From Dehalococcoidia bacterium (GTDB taxonomy: Bacteria; Chloroflexota; Dehalococcoidia; Dehalococcoidales; UBA1222), in assembly GCA_009779255.1 (NCBI GenBank), contig WREQ01000003.1, forward strand, positions 1 through 54,169: DNA of 54,169 nt, given 5' to 3'. Positions 47,390 through 54,169 of the stretch are shown here, in pieces. Every line of letters starts with the position of its first letter. Positions within the stretch are counted from its first letter, which is position 1. The position numbers and the translations under genes were made by a program. The notes beneath the pieces are model-generated. The model searched no databases and was not told the origin of the DNA. It saw only the letters and a list, made by a program, of their open reading frames with translations.

Positions 47390-48334
47390 TCAGGAGAATA
47401 TTTCGGGATACAAAAACTTTGCCACCAATTCCAAGGTGTCGACCAACCGGTGACTCGGCCGCGTAGCCAGATCACCATCCAGCAGCATAATCTTGTCATT
47501 CTTGTAAGCGTCGGTGGCTTTGAACAGAGAATCCGCAGCAATGATATAGTCGTAAGACATCGTATCTGAACCCATGCTGCCCGTCACAATGATGACCTGT
47601 GGATTTCTGGTGACGGCCAGTTCGATATCGACCTGTGCGTCCCCAGCAACATCACTGAAAATATTTGTGCCTCCCGACAGCTTTATCACGCTGTCCATAA
47701 ACGCGCCATCTCCCTGCGTCCACAGAGGGTCATGCCATGTGACAAACAAAACACCGGAGCTGGTACTCAAATGCGCGATGCTATTGACAACATGCCCGAC
47801 CCTAGCCTCAAGCGCATCCACCTTTTGTTCAGCGATAGCCTTGCCACCAACCAGTTCGCCCACTATCACAATATCGTTCATGATACCATCAATATCTTTT
47901 GGCTCCATAACCACAACTTTTAATCCATGGTCTTTCAGCCACTGAACGTCACCCATTAAAATGTGTGCTCCGGTAGCCAGCACCACATCAGGGTTCAGAA
48001 TTACAATCTGTTCCTTGTCCGGATTCGAATAGCCGCCTATGCTCGGAACGGAAGCAACCTCAGGGGGATAATTGCAATAATCTGTCCTGCCAATGAGTTT
48101 GCTTCCTGCGCCGACAAAATAGATGATTTCGGTGTTGCTGGGAGCCATTGAAACAATGGTCTCAACCGGCTTGTCGAAACTGACGGTTGCGCCGCTGTCG
48201 TCGATTATACTGAAAGCGGCGGCGCCAGTCGCAGGAGTCTGGTTGTTGTTGCAGCCTACTACAACGCTGAGGGAAAGAATGAGGACTGCGGCAAACCCTA
48301 AAATTGGTGTTTTGGAAAACCCATGAGCCCTCAT
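47390..48334 (-). CDS. Periplasmic-binding-protein type (BtuF/FhuD class) substrate-binding lipoprotein
   Basis: Lipobox VVVGC, with pattern SMAPSNTEIIYFVGAGSKLIGRTDYCNYP. The start is taken at the ATG at 48334 behind GGGAGGA. Confidence 0.85.
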   Translation of the reverse strand: MRAHGFSKTPILGFAAVLILSLSVVVGCNNNQTPATGAAAFSIIDDSGATVSFDKPVETIVSMAPSNTEIIYFVGAGSKLIGRTDYCNYPPEVASVPSIGGYSNPDKEQIVILNPDVVLATGAHILMGDVQWLKDHGLKVVVMEPKDIDGIMNDIVIVGELVGGKAIAEQKVDALEARVGHVVNSIAHLSTSSGVLFVTWHDPLWTQGDGAFMDSVIKLSGGTNIFSDVAGDAQVDIELAVTRNPQVIIVTGSMGSDTMSYDYIIAADSLFKATDAYKNDKIMLLDGDLATRPSHRLVDTLELVAKFLYPEIFS

Positions 48335-48387
48335 AACTGCTATCCTCCCATAAGTAAAATGGACTTGCAAAAAATCAAGTGTGGTTG

Positions 48388-48416
48388 AGTATACAGGGAA
48401 ATACCTCCCATGTCAA
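48388..48416 (-). promoter_or_regulatory. Strong sigma70-type promoter for the btuF-led operon
   Basis: On the minus strand: TTGACA (48416-48411), 17-nt spacer, TATACT (48393-48388). The predicted 5' UTR is only about 45 nt. Confidence 0.55.
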
Positions 48417-48544
48417 CCGGGTGTATAGACCTGTTTCATTTCCTGACTCCTAACACCAAGCTAAGAGGCCAATATCTGTTTGAACTTGTACAATAGTTGA
48501 ACGTTAAATCATCGGATTGATTCAGGCGCACTATGATATTTTGG

Positions 48545-48730
48545 TTTTGCCGCAAAGTGCCGTGGGCTCTTCGAGGGGGAACGGTTGCCGAGGCTGATGG
48601 ACGCTAACCGCGTTATCAATCCGGCAGGGACGCATCGCCACGGGCGGGGCAGGAGTGCGGTGTCTGCGGACACCTCGCGGGCTGTCGGTCGAAAATATCC
48701 CCGCATATGCGGCGGCACACGCCGCTCGTA
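48545..48730. other. GC-rich, strongly self-complementary block (candidate riboswitch-like or small RNA element; strand unresolved)
   Basis: An island of high GC in AT-rich intergenic DNA. Local hairpins are GGTGTC tgcg GACACC (48658-48673), CCGCATATGCGG, and GCGGCG gcaca CGCCGC. Plus-strand motifs GAGGGGGAACGG and AATCCGGCAGGGACGCATCGCCACGGG partly resemble the cobalamin-riboswitch core. Confidence 0.3.
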
Positions 48731-48769
48731 ATGCTCTTTGACAATTTGATTAGCGGAGCGAAGATTATA

Positions 48770-48801
48770 TTCCTGCGCCTATCTTTCGATAGGCGCAGGA
48801 A
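48770..48801 (-). terminator. Terminator hairpin after the LRR immunity-like gene
   Basis: TTCCTGCGCCTATC tttc GATAGGCGCAGGAA forms a 14-bp perfect stem 9 nt past the stop at 48810. AU-rich sequence follows on the minus strand. Confidence 0.6.
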
Positions 48802-48809
48802 AGGGAAAC

Positions 48810-49532
48810 TTAACGGCCAAAGATACAATTATTGACGTCATGTAATTGGGGCACTGCTACACGGAGGTTATCAAGTTCATTAGGCGTATATTTTCGTTTG
48901 ATGGTCACATTAGAAAGGGATATAGAACGTAAGTTTTTCATTTCACGTAGAAATTCTAAATCTCTAATAGGCGTGGTTCCGAGTATCGGTCCCGTAATCA
49001 CTAATTGTTCCAAATTATTTAGAGTAATCAGCGGAGAATAATCGTCTATCTTCTTGAACGCTTCGACATGAAGAACCACTAAATTTTTAAGTTGCCCAAG
49101 GACTGCTATTTCTTGAACGCTTGAACCTTGACCGACATACAAAAATTTTAGTTTGTTAAGTTTTTGAAGTGCCGATAACTCTGAATATACTCCCCACTTG
49201 AAGCGAAGTTCCTCTAAATTTTCCTGACAACAAGCCGCATCAAACAACGCTTGCGAAACACGAGAGTTAAAATGCAACGCTTTAAGGGCTTTGGTATTTG
49301 CACGCAAGAAGGCAAGCCATTCATTCAAAATACGCTTTTTATCACGTTCAGTGTAGCTTTTCACATCAGAAAATATTATTTTTACTTCTTCACCATTAAG
49401 TTGTGTACAAGCAATACACGCTTGTTCCTCACCGTTGTATTCATTCAACTCATGAATAATCTTCGATGATGGAAAACCGCCGATTTCTCCGAAATATTTA
49501 TTTTGGATTTGTGTTTCGTTTAAGACCGCCAT
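48810..49532 (-). CDS. Cytoplasmic leucine-rich repeat protein, candidate immunity protein for the orphan GIY-YIG Rhs tip
   Basis: 240 aa with no signal peptide and LRR-like blocks (L.KLNKLKFLYV, L.QLKNLVVLHV, LITLNNLEQLVI, LREMKNLRSISL). Lies directly downstream of the toxin module. AT-rich. Confidence 0.65.
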   Translation of the reverse strand: MAVLNETQIQNKYFGEIGGFPSSKIIHELNEYNGEEQACIACTQLNGEEVKIIFSDVKSYTERDKKRILNEWLAFLRANTKALKALHFNSRVSQALFDAACCQENLEELRFKWGVYSELSALQKLNKLKFLYVGQGSSVQEIAVLGQLKNLVVLHVEAFKKIDDYSPLITLNNLEQLVITGPILGTTPIRDLEFLREMKNLRSISLSNVTIKRKYTPNELDNLRVAVPQLHDVNNCIFGR

Positions 49533-49559
49533 TATATCACCTCACGATTTGATATTTAG

Positions 49560-49596
49560 GCATGGTATCTCCTCTTTTGCAGAGGAGATACCATGC
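49560..49596 (-). other. 16-bp perfect hairpin between toxin tip and immunity candidate
   Basis: GCATGGTATCTCCTCT ttgc? loop AGAGGAGATACCATGC. It lies between the stop at 49610 and the immunity start at 49532, whose SD GAGGTGA follows. Confidence 0.6.
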
Positions 49597-49609
49597 AGTA
49601 CGGTTTAGC

Positions 49610-50467
49610 TTAGTTAAAAGCTCCGCTAATGAGGCTTCCTGCACGGGCAAACTCGTCTTTGAAGTTAGACCATTTTGATGGCGAGATAGAGTTTATCATG
49701 TTAGCCAAAGCCTCTAATGTGTAAGCCGTGATAAGAGCTTGCTCTAATGCTCTTGCTTCGTTATGCGTCATACCAGTTGCAATAGGTACCATTTGATAAA
49801 CATCTGAATCAAATCTTGGTTTGCTTCCACCAAAATGTGCTTGCTGGCGACCTGTATAATCGCTTGTCATCCCGACATACCAGACCTGCTGTGTGCTTTT
49901 ATTTACCATTACATAGATCGTGTTGTCACGCAGATTGTTCGTGCTTAATGTTCGAGCTGCGACTTGTGCGTCTACCCAAGTTTTAGCTTGATTTGCTTCC
50001 GCCACATATACTGTGGCTTGATAAACAACCACTCCAATAGCAACCGCTGCAACCGCCGTCGCCGCTATTGCAACAGGCACAAACCACGATGTAGCAATAG
50101 CTGTTTTAATACTTGCCATGCCGGTTGCTATTCCACCTACAAGCCACGGCAACGCACCTGATAAAGATGGAACCCATTGCAACGCTTCCGCATAATGTCC
50201 GGTTCTATCAATGAACAGCACTGGATTATTATTGCAGTAGGTGTACCAATTTAAGCCGGCGTTGATTGGGTCTTCCTGCGTAAATCTCCCGATACTAGGA
50301 TCGTAATACCTAGCTCTCAGGTAGTAGTTGCCAGTCTCCCCATCCCAGTACTCCCCGCAATAACGGAATGGATTCGCATCACCGGAACTTGGGTTCCACT
50401 CCGCCCCAAACGCATCGTACTTATAGGTCTTGACTACCACGCCGTTTGAGTCCGCCAGCTGCACCAC
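49610..50467 (-). CDS. Orphan (5'-truncated) Rhs C-terminal module: last YD repeat + Rhs core end + TM segment + GIY-YIG nuclease-like tip
   Basis: The frame is open from 50530, just after a TAA, and reads QLNIQTDHNGVTYYLFNAHGDVVQLADSNG..YKYDAFG...GNYYLRARYYDPSIGRFTQEDP...YCNNNPVLFIDRTGH. Two hydrophobic helices follow, then IYVMVNKSTQQVWYVGMTSDYTGRQQAH...NEARALEQALI (GIY-YIG pattern, about 49717-49921). There is no canonical ATG; the ORF track uses a GTG. Confidence 0.75.
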   Translation of the reverse strand: MVQLADSNGVVVKTYKYDAFGAEWNPSSGDANPFRYCGEYWDGETGNYYLRARYYDPSIGRFTQEDPINAGLNWYTYCNNNPVLFIDRTGHYAEALQWVPSLSGALPWLVGGIATGMASIKTAIATSWFVPVAIAATAVAAVAIGVVVYQATVYVAEANQAKTWVDAQVAARTLSTNNLRDNTIYVMVNKSTQQVWYVGMTSDYTGRQQAHFGGSKPRFDSDVYQMVPIATGMTHNEARALEQALITAYTLEALANMINSISPSKWSNFKDEFARAGSLISGAFN

Positions 50468-50586
50468 ATCCCCGTGAGCGTTGAAGAGGTAGTAGGTTAC
50501 GCCGTTGTGGTCAGTTTGGATATTCAGTTGTTAAGGTGCGAGTGCCAGTATATTAACACTTTGGGTATGTTGGTATCAATTGCCTA

Positions 50587-50617
50587 TATGAGTCCAATAT
50601 GTGTTTGCCCTTATACA
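50587..50617 (+). repeat. Copy 4 of conserved hairpin element (degenerate 3' arm)
   Basis: TATGAGTCCAATATGTGTTTGCCCTTATACA lies about 60 nt beyond the upstream end of the truncated rhs frame. Confidence 0.75.
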
Positions 50618-50649
50618 TACCAGTGGGATAAATACTTAATACATAGCAC

Positions 50650-51195
50650 CTATTCTTTGGCAGGGAAACCCCGAAATTTAACTCTGATGGAAGGATTGTT
50701 TTTTGCTAGTCGTAAAATATACTCCTCGTGTTTTTGGGTATTTGGTATCATGACAAAATATTTTTTGTCCTTTGCGTACCAAAGACTGCATTGGTTATAG
50801 TCCTTATTGTCTTTAGTGGAAAAATAGATATGCGCAGGATGATGTATATGCACTCGACTGGTTCTGGCATATGAAATGGTAATATAGGGATCAATGATTC
50901 CGATTTCCACGATATCTTCCCATGTCCATTTTCTCCAACGCCATAAAAGGAAGTCTCTAGCAATCCCTCTTTCATCAATAACAATAGATGCATAGGCGAA
51001 TAGAGATCCGATGACCACTGACAAAACGAGTATAGCGGCAAGTATGCTTGGGTATACAATTGAACCATTTTGCCATATCACCACTACGAACATGAGCGCC
51101 GTTATGACGATGCAGAGCACAAATGCAACGATGGAAGCAGAAACAACAGAATCGTTGCGGTATTTCATTGTAATACTACTGCGCAACCTTATCAT
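50650..51195 (-). CDS. Small membrane protein (two TM helices plus soluble C-terminal domain), function unknown
   Basis: 181 aa, AT-rich, with a 4-nt overlap with the upstream lipoprotein gene. The C-terminal half (WRWRKWTWEDIVEIGI...) is vaguely bacterial PH-like. Confidence 0.6.
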   Translation of the reverse strand: MIRLRSSITMKYRNDSVVSASIVAFVLCIVITALMFVVVIWQNGSIVYPSILAAILVLSVVIGSLFAYASIVIDERGIARDFLLWRWRKWTWEDIVEIGIIDPYITISYARTSRVHIHHPAHIYFSTKDNKDYNQCSLWYAKDKKYFVMIPNTQKHEEYILRLAKNNPSIRVKFRGFPAKE

Positions 51196-51749
51196 TCATT
51201 ACAGCTTGCCTGGCAGTAATAAAATATCGTATCTTCAGGCAGAAATGGTATTATTGCATCATAAAAAATGTTGTTATCTTCAAACTCAACTCTATTGACT
51301 AATGCGCTAAAGACGAATATGCTACCGTTATCCAACTGAGTGCCCTCATACACTCTCCACAGAGCGACATCAAATATTTTTCTACCGTTTCTGTCTTTAA
51401 CCACATAATAAACCCGAGCATCAGTGTATGAGACTTGCTTGACGGGGACAAGTGTAACAGAACACAGCTGTTTAAGTAAGTCAGAATGTTCTATTAAACG
51501 AGTGCCGTCAACATCAATTTTACGAACCATTATATGAGTAATTAAATCATTGACCCTCAATGGGGCAAGGGTAAAGATACTGGCATCCAAATGATAAATT
51601 GTTAGGCTGAGTTCTCCAATTTTTCCGTTTTCAATGGCTTTTGCAAAGTTACTCAATGCTTTTTCCGGACGCATAGAGTATCCCCCGCAACCCGTTAATG
51701 CTATTAGCGATGCTATCATCACCAACAGTATCCTATATTTGATGTCCAT
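51192..51749 (-). CDS. Small lipoprotein, function unknown
   Basis: 185 aa with a signal peptide and lipobox (LIALTGC). Confidence 0.65.
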   Translation of the reverse strand: MDIKYRILLVMIASLIALTGCGGYSMRPEKALSNFAKAIENGKIGELSLTIYHLDASIFTLAPLRVNDLITHIMVRKIDVDGTRLIEHSDLLKQLCSVTLVPVKQVSYTDARVYYVVKDRNGRKIFDVALWRVYEGTQLDNGSIFVFSALVNRVEFEDNNIFYDAIIPFLPEDTIFYYCQASCNE

Positions 51750-51890
51750 AATTTAACTCTCCACCTTAATTGGAAGGTCTTCAATGAAAATGAATCAGAG
51801 TTGTTTTTACTATGAGGTCCATGGATTGTTGAACGTTGCCTTTGGTCTGTATCAGTTTCTAAAGAGCTTCTACTTCTATTTTCGCAGTAG

Positions 51891-52304
51891 CTAGTTAAGT
51901 ATTAACGATGCAAACACAACCTCCATAAAAATGATAAATATCAACAAGTAATAACTCCTAGCATATGTTCTGAGTTTATTGACTGCCTCATTTCCACAGT
52001 CGCCCTTAAAAGCAAACCCCCAACCTCTGTAACTAATAAAACTAAGCGGACTCTGCCCAATTAAATCATCGTACAAATCAGGATCTGTCTTTCTCAAAGT
52101 TCTACTGAATGCGGTTATAAACAGTATTATGCATAATACATAGTTCATGGGAAAAACTATTGGTATAATCCATGGGCTGAGTGGTATTGGCACAATACCT
52201 TGCGATGAAAGTATTTTATTGAGAACCAAAATGAGTACAAATAGTATTATCAACGCTGCTTGAATGATATAACAAATCCAGATGGCTTTTTTCAGTTCTC
52301 TCAT
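51891..52304 (-). CDS. Small polytopic membrane protein, function unknown
   Basis: 137 aa with about 4 hydrophobic segments. AT-rich. Confidence 0.55.
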   Translation of the reverse strand: MRELKKAIWICYIIQAALIILFVLILVLNKILSSQGIVPIPLSPWIIPIVFPMNYVLCIILFITAFSRTLRKTDPDLYDDLIGQSPLSFISYRGWGFAFKGDCGNEAVNKLRTYARSYYLLIFIIFMEVVFASLILN

Positions 52305-52418
52305 CCATCAACCTATTCTTCTACACCAAACCAATCCACAATCATACTACCCAATGGGCCAAGAACCACACCAAATAGCATTCTAACAAGTAACCTGGTA
52401 AGCGCAGACGTGACATTA

Positions 52419-53357
52419 TTATCTCTTTGTTTCCAACACCTTTTTCAAAGCATAAGGGATTTGATTTTCGTCCGTGTAGTCAGCCTGTTCCCAGTTTTTA
52501 TCACCATCAAACTTATACAGCCTTATACCAATATCCTCACCATACAGCCAAATGCTGTTTTGTTCATTCCAAACACCATATAAAAAGCCTGTTTCGTTGA
52601 TATAGGTTGACCAAGTTGTTTGTGAAGAAGAGATAGTATCATTATAATGGCTTATTTTGTAAACAGATAACTTGTTGCTGCCATAAAAATACCCTGCTGA
52701 AAAATCCACACTTAAGGAAGGTTGATTATTTTTCCACGGTGTAATTAACAGCTCCCTATATTTATCCGAATCTTCAAAAACCAAACCAAGTCTATTATAG
52801 TGATTTTCGTTAATCCACATATCCCCAAGCTCTTTCGCAAGCTCATTGCTTTTTTTGTCGTCAATATCTGTATTATTATATAATAGCTCGAATTCATCGT
52901 ATGTTATGATTATCAACCACGTGCTTGCGTCATCTATCCCTAAACCACGGCTATAACTACATAAAATTGAAACCACATTGCATTCAGACAGCTGTTTTTG
53001 CAATTCTATATAGCAATTAAAAATAGCGTAAATTTCCAATGGACTTACTCTGCCTTTTGCATTTTTCGCTTTGAAGGAGATGTTCAGCACAAAATCATCG
53101 GCATCCATGTTTGAAAAAACATCTCTCCCTTTATTGTTAGTATGTTCGAGCCATAACAATTCAGCTTTTCCAAGTAATGCGCTTGTTTGTTTTGAGCCTT
53201 CATACCACTGAACAATACCTTGAGATTTGTTGATTATCATTTTTTCAGCACCAACCATTTTCTCGGCATTGCAAGCACAGCCAGTCATAAATATTAAGAC
53301 ACACAAAATTAGGCTTATCATTTTAATCAGCATATCGTTCTCAAAATACGAGATCAT
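52419..53357 (-). CDS. Lipoprotein, candidate immunity protein for the alpha/beta-hydrolase Rhs tip
   Basis: 312 aa with a signal peptide and lipobox (LIFMTGC). Its start overlaps the rhs stop codon by 4 nt (ATGA), suggesting translational coupling. Confidence 0.65.
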   Translation of the reverse strand: MISYFENDMLIKMISLILCVLIFMTGCACNAEKMVGAEKMIINKSQGIVQWYEGSKQTSALLGKAELLWLEHTNNKGRDVFSNMDADDFVLNISFKAKNAKGRVSPLEIYAIFNCYIELQKQLSECNVVSILCSYSRGLGIDDASTWLIIITYDEFELLYNNTDIDDKKSNELAKELGDMWINENHYNRLGLVFEDSDKYRELLITPWKNNQPSLSVDFSAGYFYGSNKLSVYKISHYNDTISSSQTTWSTYINETGFLYGVWNEQNSIWLYGEDIGIRLYKFDGDKNWEQADYTDENQIPYALKKVLETKR

Positions 53358-54169
53358 TTAACCCTTTTTGTGATATGCTCTACAAGTATTGGCATATTGA
53401 TGCTGTTAAAATATTGTGAGTGCCCTACGCCTCCCATTCTAACATTTGTCAGGTTATTCCACCAAGAAATATTCCAAGATAGCGGGTCGTTCCAAGACCA
53501 TATATTCATGATTTGACCGGTGTTTTTATTATTGATTTTCATAGCCGGTGCCCCTATGAGCACAGTATTGTCAATAGTCGCTTTCCCTGCTAATTTGTTA
53601 GCAGCATTTAGAACTAATTGCCCTCCGCCGCTATATCCAATTAGATTTAACTGCTCACCCTCCGCCAACGCTTGTGCGGCTAAATCGTTTTGAATCATTT
53701 GACTAATGGCTTCTGACGTATCTCTAAACCCAATCATTTCACCGATAACTTTTCCAGCCCCATCAAGAATATTAAGAACATTTTGTATCGTTCCATCTGC
53801 CCGTTTCACTTGATATACCGATATAATTCTAACGTCTTGGACACCCATAGCGACTAGCATATCTCTAAGATCACGCGCATATTGCGGCCCCTCAGAACCA
53901 TATTGATTGTTAATGCCATTAACTATGTATGTTCTTAATCCAGTCGGGTCAATCCCCATCACGGGATTATTCATGCAATACACATACAAATTGCCGCTCT
54001 GCCATATAGCAACCAGACTAGGCACGTAGACACCCAACCCCAATGGGTCTTGAGGATCATCCCCATACACCATGTTTGTGGGGTTCCAATGGGTGTCCTC
54101 TTGAGTGAAACGGCCAATGGTTGGCGAATAGAATCTAGCCCTCAGGTAGTAGTTGCCAGTCTCGGAATC
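53354..54169 (-). CDS. 3' end of an Rhs-family protein (partial, continues beyond window) with alpha/beta-hydrolase (lipase/esterase-like) C-terminal tip
   Basis: The frame is open to the window edge and reads DSETGNYYLRARFYSPTIGRFTQEDT...NLYVYCMNNPVMGIDPTGL (Rhs core end with the DPxGL motif, ending near 53936). The tip has a GxSxG elbow (LIGYSGGGQ, Ser near 53630), a candidate Asp (WSWNDP) and a candidate His (GVGHSQYF). The ATG at 54073 in the ORF track is internal. Confidence 0.85.
   Translation of the reverse strand, partial: DSETGNYYLRARFYSPTIGRFTQEDTHWNPTNMVYGDDPQDPLGLGVYVPSLVAIWQSGNLYVYCMNNPVMGIDPTGLRTYIVNGINNQYGSEGPQYARDLRDMLVAMGVQDVRIISVYQVKRADGTIQNVLNILDGAGKVIGEMIGFRDTSEAISQMIQNDLAAQALAEGEQLNLIGYSGGGQLVLNAANKLAGKATIDNTVLIGAPAMKINNKNTGQIMNIWSWNDPLSWNISWWNNLTNVRMGGVGHSQYFNSINMPILVEHITKRVK

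Noticed and set aside
48545-48730. Confident call of a minus-strand cobalamin riboswitch for the btuF operon
   Set aside because: One is expected from context, but I could not find a convincing B12 box (AGYCMGGAGACCTGCC-like) or GCCACTG core on the minus strand. A near-consensus promoter also lies downstream of the block. It is reported only as an unresolved candidate.
48509-48828. Two overlapping 69-70 aa minus-strand ORFs in the btuF upstream region
   Set aside because: They run through the GC-rich self-complementary block and the terminator hairpin. They are Arg/Pro/Cys-rich, lack SD sequences, and are better explained as non-coding structured sequence.

Overview
This is a 54.2-kb, densely coding bacterial chromosomal window, mostly housekeeping genes with several accessory inserts. 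Core content: a stand-alone TrpB2 behind a Trp T-box leader; ileS behind an Ile T-box leader; the rpmH-rnpA-yidD-(PQQ-propeller lipoprotein)-yidC-jag cluster; rpsF-ssb-rpsR; tRNA-Asp(GTC); a three-gene pnt transhydrogenase; gdhA; a glutamate-synthase-related GATase/GXGXG protein; ftsA-ftsZ; nadE; arsR-degV; marC; a two-subunit pyruvate carboxylase; tRNA-Arg(TCT); an OmpR/PhoR-type two-component pair; csoR. There is also a nine-gene cobamide uptake/salvage operon (btuFCD-like, cobO, cobT, cobS, cobC, a Dph6-like PP-loop ATPase, cobU). Unusual content: (i) two arrays of long hairpin-forming tandem repeats in inverted orientation (1-240 and 19463-20040); (ii) a 25-38 nt hairpin element (core TCCAATATGTG) present four times in one orientation, each time at the edge of an accessory gene; (iii) an alpha-toxin-like phospholipase C + PLAT gene beside an IS5 transposase remnant; (iv) decayed genes (FtsX permease, solute-binding protein, IS); (v) a GC-rich structured block upstream of the btuF-like gene; (vi) at the right end, a visibly AT-rich Rhs-type polymorphic toxin locus. 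That locus holds the 3' end of a large rhs gene with an alpha/beta-hydrolase tip, candidate envelope immunity genes, and an orphan rhs tip carrying a GIY-YIG nuclease with an LRR immunity candidate. Gene content suggests an anaerobic Chloroflexota (Dehalococcoidia-like) or similar lineage, but that is inference only. All calls come from reading the sequence and the supplied translations by eye; no database search or folding program was run.
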